From contig NW_018408889.1 of the NCBI RefSeq assembly GCF_002113885.1, forward strand, positions 416,383-480,382: a stretch of DNA of 64,000 nucleotides, written 5' to 3'. The notes under the pieces were generated by a model. It was not told the DNA's origin. It did no database searches and saw only the letters and a program-made list of their open reading frames with translations. Shown in pieces: positions 1 through 12,666 of this stretch. Source of the DNA: Mizuhopecten yessoensis. Taxonomy: Eukaryota. Numbering within the stretch: position 1 is the first letter of the stretch; the number at the start of each line of letters is the position of its first letter. A program made the position numbers and the translations under genes.

Positions 1-345
1 GTAATAACGGTTGTGTGACAGGTGTAAATTGTTTTACTGAACACTAATAATGGTAGTGTGACAGGTGTAAATTGTTTTACTGAACACTAATAACGGTAGT
101 GTGACAGGTGTAAATTGTTTAACTGAACAGTAATATCGGTAGTGTGACAGGTGTAAATTGTTTTTCTGAACAGTAATAACGGTTGTGTGACAGGTGTAAA
201 TTGTTTTACTGAACAGTAATAACGGTAGTGTGACAGGTGTAAATTGTATTACTGAACAGTAATAACTGTAGTGTGACGGGTGTAAATTATTTTACTGAAC
301 AGTAATAATGGTAGTGTGACAGGTGTAAATTAATTTACTGAAATA
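1..345. repeat. 43-bp minisatellite (~8 copies, runs off the left edge), probably intronic in DYNC2LI1
   Basis: Unit gtaataacggtagtgtgacaggtgtaaattgttttactgaaca repeated directly. Confidence 0.95.
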
Positions 346-954
346 CTGTTGGCTCAAGGTAAATTGAAAACCAGTTTTGGTTGTTCGTCTTTTGTATTTC
401 TTTATAATTTTAATTTTGTTTCCCTCGTGGTGTTTATGGGAAGTTCAGGAGCGTCTCTTACAATTACGAATGCTTTCAGTGTTTCCAGTAGTAAAATAAC
501 CGGTGAAATCCAGTGGATACCCATCTTTAGAGATAATTTCCCAAAGAAATCACAATTATTTACAATTATGGTTTCAGAATATTGCTGTAGGCTTAACGGT
601 TTCAATTCGGTATTGATTGCAATACTGCAAATAGACAGGGCTTTGATACATTTTTCCTGAAATCATAATTAAAGTATTAATTTTTCGAAATGGCAGTAAA
701 GTAAAACATTGCTAGTGGACCAGATGTTGATGACATACCTACAGGCATTGGAATAAAAATTATGTGGATTTTGATAAAAGAAAAAAACAATAAAAAACAA
801 CATTATAATGACTAATTTATATTGCACAAATGATCACACGAAGCTAGCTAGGCAGTTTCTATAAATAGAAACAGTAGGTGACACCAATCTTCCCCAGGGC
901 CCACTCCAGCTAGCTCTTATGTCTCTAATTGTCACAGATAAAGGCTCCTCCGAA

Positions 955-1305
955 TACAAATACAAAAAAGGGGAAAATCAAACAGGAGCACAAACAAGTG
1001 AAAATTAATTTGCAGCAAAAAGGATGACAAATAAGGCCAGTAAAAGATGAAAATAGAATGGGGCCATAAAAGGATGAAGTAAAACAGGGGCAAAAAAGGG
1101 GAAATATAATGGGAGTGAAAAACTTGGAAGTAGAATAGGGTTAATAAGGTGAAAATAAAATGGGCAAAAATGACAAAATAAAATGGGGAGCAAAAAAGGA
1201 TGAAAATGAAATGGGAGCTAAAACCAATTCGAGTGAATCAGATGTGAAAACCTACAAAATTGGTGAAACATATGATGGGGACAAAAGGGACGGGGAATGG
1301 AATGG
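955..1305. repeat. Degenerate purine-rich (A/G) low-complexity repeat
   Basis: Recurring aaaatggg...aaaaggatg motifs with a strong purine bias on + strand; explains spurious ORFs 1005-1193 and 1160-1384. Confidence 0.6.
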
Positions 1306-1594
1306 GTGTAATAATTCCTATTTTACACTGTTTATTTTAATCAATTCACACATGATATATATATATAGTGAACTGCTTATATAGAAACGTGTGTGGTAAC
1401 CAGGTATTTGTTTTGGTGTTCATATGAGTTTACAACCATTGAATTAGTACAAATATTCATGGTCATCTTAGTAGTTTGTGTGAAAATGAGTCCGTACTTA
1501 GTTGCACGCCTATTCCGTGTGGTAAGTTCCTTTGGTTTATAAACAGTTGATTGCCCTTGGTATAAAGTTTACTACAGTTATATTTGGAAAAATT

Positions 1595-1770
1595 GGTGAT
1601 TGGGTGGTGCAGTGGATAGCGCACTAAGGCAGCCGGGGTTTGATCGGATATGAAAAGGTATGGGGTCACCTGCCCGACTACGTGGGTTTTCTCCGGGTAC
1701 TCTGGTTTCCTCCCACAATAAGACTCCCTGCGCGCTAACTAAAATCCGGGCCAACAAGAGTTTATATATA
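1595..1770 (+). mobile_element. tRNA-derived SINE, family A (V-domain-like core)
   Basis: A-box-like ggtggtgcagtggatagc head; core gtgggttttctccgggtactctggtttcctcccaca; related copies at 13.7, 25.7, 46.0 and 50.8 kb. Confidence 0.85.
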
Positions 1771-1886
1771 TTTGGACATTTTCACCACCGCATCAGAAGT
1801 CAACCGATTTCTGTTTTACCAAATATGATCTACCGGTATTCATGACTTGTACACCGCAGAGTCGTAAACTGTAGTTTCTGTTCCAG

Positions 1887-1938
1887 GAACCCCATGCAGC
1901 TCTGGAAGCATGCTTATACAGCCAAGTTCCCACAGGAG
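1887..1938 (+). CDS. DYNC2LI1: Cytoplasmic dynein-2 light intermediate chain 1, internal exon (xNPMQLWKHAYTAKFPQE)
   Basis: ttccag acceptor and GAG|gtgagt donor; resembles the recalled vertebrate DYNC2LI1 segment SPMELWKKVYEKLFP; phase 0 join to the next exon. Confidence 0.88.
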
Positions 1939-3633
1939 GTGAGTTCCAAGAGTAAATGTTGTCATGTCTCTGGTTTTGAAAATATTCATTGCATGATAAA
2001 AAATACAAATCATTTCTGTACAAAGTTTTTTGAAAAAAGGATTAAAAACAGGCCAAATGGAGAAATACTTAAAATATGTATACTCATAACTTTGGTACAT
2101 GTATACATATATAGAGGTCACTTCAACTCATTCATTTGTCCATCAACAACTCTGTATGTCCATTAACACCTTTTCTGACCTTAACTTCTGTATTTAATTA
2201 TGAAACTTCATAGGTCATTGTTATGCAAACAGTTCAATGTCATTCAATATATTCTAAATGCCAAGCTTGTAACATGGGACAAGATGTCAAATATTAATTC
2301 TGATTGGACACAATTTCTTTTTGAAACTTAACATGTATTTGTATTATGAGGCGAATGGTCAAGGTTAATGCCATGACAGATGGTTAAAGATCCAATCATT
2401 ATAATGTGCTTGTGGAGCTAATAGCTTCAATGGAATAAAATGGATGTTGTGCACCTCTGAAAGGAGATGGGGGGGGGGGGGGGGATATGTAAGCGAGTCG
2501 TAATACATTTTGTTGATGTTTTTATTATCAAATTGTTTTTGTTTGATGGACAAACAAACCTTACGTATGTATAAATATACATTTCTCAACGTTTCAATTG
2601 TGTTACAATTGTTTATTGTTATTGTGGCTGCGCTGACAGTCGTCGGAGGTAGGTGTTTGTTTTTCGATTAAAAGTTGGTTGTTTGTAAAAGTGACGGCGG
2701 CGATTAGTACGGGTGATTAGTACCGAAAATCTGCTTGTTTCTTCAGTTTACATGTCATGTTTTATTGAACTGAATTTTTATCACCTGTGATGATTAGCTT
2801 ATGTATAATGTATAATTACAGCAACATGAAAAATTGTAGTTAAAATATTAGTATGTTAACATGAATATGTTTTCTGTAATGAGCATGTAGAAAATCTATT
2901 TAGGTAATCCAGAGCCTCATCAGGTATAAGTACAAATAGAGAACCTCAATTGTTTCTTTTCATTATAAATTATATACCAAACATAATATTTCATTATTAA
3001 TATTCATTTGGTCATTTGCATTTGTTCTCAGAAAGATTTATTTTGTCAGCTAATTGTTTTCCTTCAAATATACAAGAAAACACAAGTAAAAAATATATAT
3101 GATTTTGATCATTTGACATATATTTTTTTTTATCGTCATTCATGTACTTTATGTAAAACCAAGAATTTGAATATGGTTCCTTCCTATTATATTTATAGAT
3201 ATGCATGCCATCTAAGGAACGTTCTTCTACTATATTTCCCGTGATCTTTTGCATCTCTTTGATGTCTCTTTGATGTCATTATTTGTTGTGTCCTGTCTGC
3301 TATGTTGCAATTTAGATCTTGACCTATTTTAAGTCTGCAGGAAGAAAGATAAACAAAGACAATGATTTCTAGAGGGATAATTATAACTGAATGACAGTGA
3401 TGACTAAAAGGGACAGGATGATTTTATCTGAAATAATAATAACTAGAGTGACGATTGTTTCTGAATTGGCAATGATAAATAAATCAGCAATGCTTATCAG
3501 AGGAGCAATGCAGAGCAGTGGTTAAAAAGACATGCAAAGTTAATTATAACTGAAGACATACTGTATACGGTTTTACTATGTACTATAAGGTTTCGAGTCA
3601 TGACCTTGACATCTGGTGACTTTGTATTTGTAG

Positions 3634-3726
3634 GATGTGACCAATCCAGCGATGGTTGAAGACCCGGCTAAAGATCCCCAGTACAAGGAGGCTGCTATTG
3701 ACTCCCTAAGGTCTCAGAAGGACGAG
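3634..3726 (+). CDS. DYNC2LI1: DYNC2LI1 penultimate coding exon (DVTNPAMVEDPAKDPQYKEAAIDSLRSQKDE)
   Basis: tttgtag acceptor, GAG|gtaaga donor, 93 nt phase 0-0; DPAKDPQY..D.LR.QKD matches the DYNC2LI1 C-terminal motif [21 protein letters not shown]. Confidence 0.92.
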
Positions 3727-4372
3727 GTAAGAACTTCAGTGCTACACGCCAACGTTAACAGTCAAATTATCCATCATCATTGGGTTTGTCTGGCACAACA
3801 GTAAAGAAAATGATGCTTGTGGGACCACACAGCAAATGATGTCCCTCTTGTGCCTGTGGCCATGGGACCTAAACCAGCCAGGCCATCAAAGTGGGATTTC
3901 ACATTCTCCTGGAAGTGGAAAGCTTCAATAGTTTTCCCATTGGTTCGGGGGTATATTGACCAGGGTAGGAACATTCCTGAAGATTACGAAAAGACTTGAA
4001 TATATTTTAATTACTTTTACACTGTAGTTCGTGTTCAATAAATCTTTCTTCTAATATAATGGATGGGCTTTGCGTGTGAGTGACAGGGAAATGGGAAGGA
4101 TTGTCAGGATCTATTACTTCTATTGGGACTGGAAGACTGGAAAGAAAATATTATTTGTAACTACGGAGTACAGATCACGACAACTTGTACTGTGATATAC
4201 ACTCAATGAAGTCACATACACTACAAGACATTTTCTTACAATTGCTGTATTAAATACAGTGGTAAATCAGGTAGGGTAAAGACACAATGTTTGCATACAA
4301 TGTAAATAATGTATGATATACCATGATGTTTGTCTGTGTCAGTAGTTGTTTATTTCTGGGTTTTTTCAACAG

Positions 4373-4450
4373 GAGTTGGAACGGTACAGACGGATGTCGG
4401 AGAGAAAAGCGAAGAGCGAAAAGAAATATGGAGGAACCTTTGCATCATAG
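4373..4450 (+). CDS. DYNC2LI1: DYNC2LI1 last coding exon (ELERYRRMSERKAKSEKKYGGTFAS*)
   Basis: ttttcaacag acceptor; ELERYRR matches ELEQYKR; TAG at 4448-4450. Confidence 0.9.
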   Translation, partial: ELERYRRMSERKAKSEKKYGGTFAS

Positions 4451-4503
4451 ATTAATTAGGTAAAGTGTTTTAATCGTAGCGGAACTTGACTTGGTCGATT
4501 GTC

Positions 4504-4603
4504 GGTGACCAGGTAGCTCGATTGGTAGAGTGTCCGTCTAGACTTTGGCGGGTCCTGGTTTGAATCCTGGTCTGGCTGTTGAATTTCTCTTTCTCCCGTT
4601 ACA
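4504..4603 (+). mobile_element. tRNA-derived SINE or tRNA-like pseudogene, family C
   Basis: A box tagctcgattggtagag, degenerate B box ggtttgaatcc, imperfect cloverleaf, tail ending ctcccgttaca; reverse fragments near 31610 and 51980. Confidence 0.7.
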
Positions 4604-4665
4604 TATAAATACAGTACATGCATTACCCAGATACATTCACAGTAAATATGATATGGAAATCACAC

Positions 4666-5266
4666 TTATTATCAGGTCACTTGGCACAAAGTTCTTTCGA
4701 GTCTATCCAATGGAGCGACTTAGCTTCTATTATCTGTCGGGCATAAACTTTTTGAAAAAAACATTTTCCTAAGTTCTTTAAGTATTTTTACTCTTGACCC
4801 ATGGTTTGATCAAACAAATGAACTTGACCTACGATGAAGGTCTAAAAGTAAGTTATGAGAAAAGAGCTTGATTTGCTGATATGTTGCTTGGATGAAGTGC
4901 TATCAAGTTTCTTTCAAGTCACAGGTGTCAGATCTGTTAGAATTTTTTGTAGGATTTTTCTAATGATCCATTAGGTCCCGAATAATGATATTTGGTCTGT
5001 GTTGGCTTGTTAGGACAACAGTCTATCAAGTTTAAGGAAATGACATAGATCCGCTTGGAATCACATGAGTGAAATCTATTGAAATCTTCCAATAAAGATC
5101 CAACAGGTGTAATGACGTTAAGCCATCAGTTTGAGCTTACTTGTGACCTAAAGTTTGTTTAAATTAGTTTGACCTTGACCAATTTAGATGGTCACAGAGG
5201 TGAGATGTGTTTGCCAACACTATTTTAATAACAGGGGAGCAATACAGGCCCATTGGGCATCTTGTT
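4666..5266 (+). mobile_element. Non-autonomous Helentron/pearl-like (HINE) element, degenerate
   Basis: 3' end caggggagc...ggcccattgggc..cttgtt (sub-terminal repeat plus short hairpin) typical of bivalve pearl-like elements; tgaccttga-type internal motifs. Confidence 0.6.
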
Positions 5267-5280
5267 TGTTTGCTTTTCCC

Positions 5281-5369
5281 TTAACCCTTTCACCACTGTA
5301 GACGATAATGAATTCATCCATATCACTGCATGGTAGAGACTACTAAATTTACATGGGTGAAAGGGTTAA
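5281..5369. mobile_element. 89-bp piggyBac-like MITE
   Basis: TTAA-ccctttcacc...ggtgaaaggg-TTAA terminal inverted repeats. Confidence 0.8.
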
Positions 5370-5978
5370 AGCTGCATAACAAACTTAATCCATGCACAGG
5401 TACTAGCCTCATCTGTCAATACACCCATAATAAATTATGGTCGTATTGACAGAACGAGTTGGGGCTAGAAACCGTGATCCATGTGCATAAAGTTCACTGT
5501 TGTATTCAGAAAGGTCTATTGTATAATTCAAGTAGGTGCATGAGAGTGGTGTGCAGTACTTGTCTGTGGTAGTGTAAATGTCCTCCACCTCGAGTGGACC
5601 ACTTGACCGTAAGGGCGACAGATAGATCTGGCTCGAGTATCTAGTCGACCACCAGCTATAGGGGAAGTGCAGACAACAACTTCCTGTATATAAGCAATGT
5701 GCTTCAAGTAATTGATACATGCACCGGTAGAGCAGATTTGTAGTCAAGGCATGGTTAGCATACAACTGATATCTTTATACAACCAGATATATGGTCACGA
5801 GTTAGGTTAGCTTACAAAAATAATTTTATTGCGTTACCAAAAGTCACAGATCATGTTTGGAGGATGATCATAGATGATCTGTACCCATCCTGAAACAATC
5901 TCAGCATGAGGCTGTTTGATTGTGATCGAAGGGCTGGTCTAAGCCCTGTTTACCACATTATAATAATATTGTGGTTGC

Positions 5979-6375
5979 TAGGCTGCAGCGATATTCATAC
6001 CTCAAGAAACGATACACATCGCAGTTCGATGCTTACGATACGAAACGTTTCCGATATAGATATCTGCTTTAAAGTTCTGCTTCATAATGATTGGGTCCAG
6101 GATTTTATTGAGTTTTGTCACAGACTTCAATAGTAAATACTATAGAAATACATTTTTGTATAATTTCTAGTACTTTTGGGTATGACTGCACACAGTGGAC
6201 CACATCTTTACTGAAGGGTTAAAATAATATAGGTAACCTTTTTAGAGTTTGATAAAAATTGATTGATCATTTGTAAAAGTACTGTTAGTGTACCACGATA
6301 CAGCAGACAAACAAAACAATTTGATACGATACACAAGAAAGTATCTCCGCAATAAAATATTTCGTTGCAGCCTTA
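5979..6375. mobile_element. hAT-like MITE
   Basis: Termini taggctgcagcga / tcgttgcagcctta; cgata-rich subterminal motifs; TSD degenerate. Confidence 0.6.
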
Positions 6376-8343
6376 GTATTTACCTCAGTTTCAGCTTCAC
6401 CATCTACACTCTTTAATGAAGGTGGATTTATGATCGCAACAAGGCTAACTATACATAATACATGTCGTGCGTGAAGGGCAAAATTTACATTAGGGACAAA
6501 TGTGAATTTTACTGGTGAATATTTCACGGGGCCAAAGTTTGAAGTACCCCATGTCGGACCTGTACATGAAAAGCACGTCTTCAGTGTTTCTCTCCTCTCC
6601 TCCTATCAGGTTTCAACTGATTTATATTGAATCAGTCAACCGTATCACTTGAACAGTCTCACGTTGTTGACAATTTAAGGCCTATGACAGAGATACAGAC
6701 GAGGGATAATATGTTATCGCCTAGATTCGTATCGGTCGGACGACCTCGGTGGTACTTTTATTATAATGCCCAGCACACACATACAATTAAAATCACACAC
6801 TTTAAGGATTGGTTTGAATTTCTAGATTGGATCGGAGATTAGTGAATTTAGAATCAGCGTGCATCAAAGGGAGCTTTAAATAGAATGTCACTCCTACTCT
6901 CTCTCCTGTCTGGTCTTCACCAGGTAACTACAGGAGTCCCTTCAGTCTTGTATAAAGTACTTAACTTCTCATCAAAGTTAACCCAGACATCTGAACAGTC
7001 TGTAACCGTATTTTTACGAGAGAATTATTTTTTGTTAAACAATGTACTATTTTCTCCTCTTTTTTTACTGATTCCAGGTTTGGGGAGAATGACCCGTGTG
7101 GAAGTACTGGACATCGACAGGTCCCTGGTCGCATGTGATTTAAATAACAGACAGTTCAACTTCTGCTGGATCTTTTTATTACGAACTGGTCAACTTGACT
7201 TGCTGAATAGAAACGATTCGGTGCAGGGAAGTCGGCAAAATTTTAGTACAAATGTTATGTAATTAAATTTGTCTTCGAACGAAATTACCTGTCACACATT
7301 GAGGCATAAGCTGGTCAGATACATTTCAAACTTTGTGAAACTACGTTTTACATCAGTGAGAAAGTTACATTGTATATCAAATTATCAATGAATACACAGA
7401 ATTTGGCTAGTAAGATAATATCCTTCTGATCAGCTCACTCGTGTCAGGATGATATCATCCATAAAAGGCATGCCAGCTACAGGTTTGCTTCGTCAGGTCC
7501 CGTCAGGTCTGTTACGGACCTAACAGCTGATTAGGTGACTATACATAAACATGGACGACTATAGGAGACCTACATACACCACTTTGTGTACCAGTGTGAT
7601 ACATATTTATATTTATACATACTTATCCTGATATTGAGGTTGAGGATGTGAATACATTGCTCTGTATTTTTGAGACCACTGTTTTCACAATGGGTAAAGG
7701 AACAGCGAAGGAATTCAAAATCACCAAGGTCAAAGTTTGCCTTGGTAAAATGCAAAGTAAATGCAAAATTACTCTTCATTTCGCAGTAGTGATAATGCAG
7801 AAAAACGACTTTACGATGTTTGAACAAACATGTTGTATGTTATGCATTATGTGAGTAAAATAAGAAAATATTATATACATGTATATTTATTGTATACCCA
7901 TATGATAAATCAAGGGTAGGTTTTTATATGAAATACAAGAATGCAAAAACAACAAAATCAACCACATGATGTTAAATGATATGATGGGGAAATCATCATT
8001 GTTCTTTTTGATAAAACTAAATAATGAAAACAAAAAATAATAAATTCATCAAGAGTAAGATCATTTATCAACTAGAAACTGGTTCAAACTCTTTCTGATT
8101 TAAGCTGACCACAAAATGCTGATATCTTGATAAACAGTGTTATTCAGTACAAATGTACAATGTATAAGGAACAATGAGGATGACTGAAAACAGCTGATTT
8201 TGTCTGGTACATGTTTGTGGTATCGTAGGCAATAATAATTTTTGTGCTACTATGTGTTCTAAATTCTCAATCATCAGGGTTATAATGAAATGTGACGTGT
8301 AACCTCTACAAACTGATTCTATATACTTTGGATAAGGTTAATA

Positions 8344-8587
8344 CAGTGAAACCTGTCTAATGTGACACCTTGGGGACAATGCATTGGCATTGGTCAGATT
8401 ATACAAGATGTCAGAATACACAGGTGTTATTTTGTATGTGAACCCTGTCTTATTTGACACCTTGAGGAACACAACATATTGGTTAGATTCATGATATCAG
8501 AATATACAACTCATATTTGGTTATTTTTTTAAGAAAAAGACAGTATGTCAGAATACTCCACAGTCATATTAGACAGGTTTTTCTCTA
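8344..8587. mobile_element. Tc1/mariner (pogo/Tigger-like) MITE
   Basis: TA-cagtgaaacctgtctaa ... ttagacaggtttttctc-TA inverted termini. Confidence 0.7.
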
Positions 8588-9090
8588 ATTGTATGAGTGA
8601 GAAGAATGAAAGTTTGTGATAAATGGTAGCAAATTCATGTATATTTTTATTTAAACATTCCGTCCATTTAAAATACAAACATGGATTCTGCTTGACATTT
8701 TTGTTGTTGTTATTACATTGTCATCGTCTCTATAACATTTCGTCTCTATAACATTACGTGTATTTTACAAACCTCGTCCGATGTAGGATTGTAATGCATT
8801 GTTGAACCCATAAAGTCACCATTAAAAAACATTGTAGGCCTGTGGGAATCCTATGATGTATATGATTCAATGATATCCCTATAGTGGCGAGGGAAAAAGA
8901 GTTCTGTTAATTTACTTTCCTTCCTTTGATGTTATACATATTTTCCTATTTTCCTTTATACTTATTAGTTTACATAAATTCCTTAATTTCATGATATCAA
9001 GCAGTAAATATGTAAATAAGATTTTCTCTATCAAAGTCTGATTTATAAAAGTTTCAGTAGGTCTATAGGAAATCTGCATTAAATAGACCT

Positions 9091-9278
9091 ATTCCGTCTT
9101 TGAGTATTGCAGAGTTATCTTCTCTTGGGAGCAGGTATTGATTGTTACGTCATTGGTTTGTGAGAGTAACGTCATCAATTTTTGAGAAAATGATGCAATT
9201 TTCTCACACAAACCAATGACGTAACAATCAATACCTGCTACCAAGAGAAGATAACTCTGCAATACGCAAAGACGGAAT
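9091..9278. mobile_element. Fold-back (palindromic) MITE with ~75-bp arms
   Basis: attccgtctttgagtattgcagagttatcttctcttgg...caggtattgattgttacgtcattggtttgtg is nearly perfectly complemented by 9206-9278. Confidence 0.9.
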
Positions 9279-9879
9279 TGTATATATGTAAATTCTGAAT
9301 TCTTAGACTGTTAATGTAAACATTTTAAACATTAACACATAGCAATGACACTGAATTGATCAATGACACAGGGTGAAGACATTGTGTAAATCCCCTAGTA
9401 AGGACGTTGTCTATTGAGAATGACACGATAGGCGTAGATAACCTCAAATTAGGTCTTTCTCAATACACATTCTTCATAATGCTATCACAGAAGTAAAATA
9501 CCCAACACAATTTTGTCTGCTGATATAGTTACACACAAGTCCAAACTTTCTTATACAAAAATATTGTCATCAGGATGTCCAAATACAGTACTGTACAATG
9601 CAGATGAAAATGATCACTTATTTAAATTAACAGACACTTTCTCACTTTCACACTCTAACTGGAAGCGTTGGCAGTTTTAGGTACTTCTTGCCACATTTAA
9701 GGAGATAACATTAGATAACGTGATTTCACATCCAACAAATTGTAGAAACAGAATGGTTTTATAACGAAACATGTGGGATCCTGCGGTTACTTTCACATGT
9801 TGTAATTGTATTTCAAATCTTTTTGGAGGGGAATTCTGGACACCCAACAAAGGCTTTTTTCTTTCTTATTTTTTATTTC

Positions 9880-10600
9880 AAAATTAACTGGAGAAACTTT
9901 GAGCAGGTTCACAAAGTTTTAAGAGAAGTTGCGCTTGCAAAGTTTCAAGAGCAGGAATTTAAAGTTTTAAGGGAAATAACTCTGGAAAAGTGCCTACAGT
10001 AATACCTACTCCTTTCTTCATCCACATCTACAGATGATTTCATTCACTGTGCCAAGTTACAGCAAAATCTAATAAATGCTTTAGGATGAGCTGCACTTAC
10101 AAAATGTCTGGAGCAGAGTTAAGGGCCATAACTCCAGGAAAAATAGTTTAATCGAAAATTCCTTTCTTCACATACATTTACAGCTGATCAACATTCACTG
10201 TGCAAAAAGAATTGCCCTTACAAGTTTTCTGGAGTAGATATTTTAAGTTCCGACAGCCACCATTCCGGGAAAAATTGTCAAATCACAAATTCCTGTCTTC
10301 TTTCACATTTACATATGGTATTTACATACCTTTGTCAAGTTACAATTTAAAGCTCCAAAGGGCCATAACTCAAGAAAAAATAGTAAAATTGAAAATTCCT
10401 TTCTTTGTTCACATCTACATATGATTTACTTTCAATTAGCCAAGCTACCGAAAAAACAAACAAACGGTTTAGGAGAAGTTGCGCTTACAAAGTTTCGAGA
10501 GCAGAAATTGAAAGTTTTAAGGGCAATAACTCCAGGAAATATTGTCGAACCTCAAATTCCTTTCTTCATGTACATTTTCACTATGACAGGTTGTAAAAAA
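9880..10600. repeat. Degenerate ~160-bp tandem core repeats of Helentron/pearl-like satellite type
   Basis: Recurring agaagttgcgcttacaaag and aagggc(c/a)ataactc...aaattcctttcttca motifs (4-5 copies). Confidence 0.7.
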
Positions 10601-12666
10601 ATAAAGATAAAGGAATCTATTATACAGAAATCCATGAACTAACGCAATTTTTGGGGGAAAACTGGCCATAGAAAAATTGAAATAATCATGGTCAGTTTAG
10701 AATGTCGAAATTTTGTCGAATTCTCCCTACTTGTGGACGGAATGAGAACACTGGGTGATGACAAAGTAGCTACATAGGCCTACCATGTCTGTGGGATCTG
10801 ACATTTTCTATGTTGTTCAGGACATGTATTATTCTATGTGATCATATTCAAAGGTCTGTACAAATGACTACTACACCAAAATGACAATGTTCAGTAATCA
10901 ATATATCTTGCAACAGAAGTGATCCTCTAAATATTGAGTTAAATGAAGATTAAAAGGGATCAAACTCATGAAAACGATGGAACCTAAAGGTTGCATATAT
11001 AATACCTAGTGGAGTCCCATCGGTATGGCATACACAGAAACTAGTCGACAAGATCTACAATGGATAAAACACAACATGGGGAGGGGGGAAGGTCTGTCAG
11101 TGACAATGTACTACAGAACACAATCGCCAGTACTGGTCGTGAAATACCCAACCATAGGGCGAATGTGAATCAATATGTGTTTGACGTGGTACATTAGGCG
11201 GAGAACTATTAGAGTGCACTTGACCTCTGACCTGTATGTCTTTGTCTCATGGTGATTGTGTCTCCAATACGGGCAACTATAATTACCGGACAGTCTGGGA
11301 GACAAACTATATACGAACATTTTTGGCGGGAAAAACATTGACCACAAGATGTTGACGACATGTGTGTCTGCAGTCCTTGAATATATGTAAATGAGCGAGC
11401 ATCGTCCGATTGGCCGAAACTGAAGGTTCTGCACGCGCCTTCTGATGATACAAGAAGACTAGTTTAATGTTGAGGTGTATCAAAAGAATCGCGTGGCAAC
11501 GTATGTACGTAACGGTTCAATGGACCGGTTTTGAAGTCATGTTTTTGCTCCTACGTAATCTTAAAAGGACAGGTATCAGCCTAGCGATTCATCACATTTG
11601 TTTCACCCAAAACCAATCAAATAGCTAGCCATGTGTCTTCGATTTGTCATGTCAAACATATTCCACGCACTGTGAATAACTTATTATCATGTGGTTGATT
11701 TAAAGAACCCACACAAATGAGGCATTTAGAAGGACTTTAAATTGCTTTCTGGAGAAACAGCAAAAAAACTGGGCGAAACAAACGAGACAATACATATATG
11801 TATAACGTTCTGGGCTGAAACTGCTTGGTAGAACGGCTATTTGTTATTCATTGACGCATTACACCGGAAGAGCGACTGTAGACCATCTATCACGAGGGCT
11901 CTACGGCACCGCTTGATAATGTTTGAATGTAGTGTTTCCTATAGTTTGTTAACCTATAAATAGAAATTCATGCAATTACTTGAGCCGTAAGCCATTCACC
12001 AATAGCAAGTGTTTATATGCATTACTTCATCCAGTGACTTTGTTGATTCCGGGCCTGTCGGAACATATAACATCGATAGGTAATTCATGAATATTGAGAT
12101 ATTTTATCATTTTCTTCTGTTGTTTTTTCGCATTTGGAACAAAAACAAAAACAAACATTTAAAGTGAACACTGTTTCAGTTTGTCAATAGATGCCGCCAA
12201 TATCAGAATTATTTTGTTACCCCCATTAAAACGTGCTGAGCTTCGCTTTGTGTCTGAATACCAATGTACGATCTGCCCAAACCGTGATGAATATGCTCTT
12301 CACTTCGATCAGTTTTATTCAGTTTGCACTTATGTAAGCGCCATTTTTCCAGGGAAATATTGTGACATTTAAGACAACTTAGGACATGACGGTATAATAA
12401 TAACCACACACTTCCTGTCGACTCCCTGCCGTCATTCTTGCGCTATACGGGTTCCGGGGACAAAGATCAGAATAAACGGATGTTTTCTAGCCATTGCACA
12501 AAAATGATTATTTATGGATCTTGTAATGTTTCATATTGGTATAGGAAGCAGAATAACTGATTTTTTCCGGAAAACTTGAGACAACGATTTATCGTTTCTT
12601 CGATTAAAAATCCATGGTTCAAACATAAAAAAGATCACAAAATAGTCGTATAACATGAGCCACCTT

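Noticed and set aside
4504-4577. Functional tRNA gene
   Set aside because: Anticodon and acceptor stems are mismatched, the T-loop is mutated, and it has a SINE-like tail and dispersed fragments
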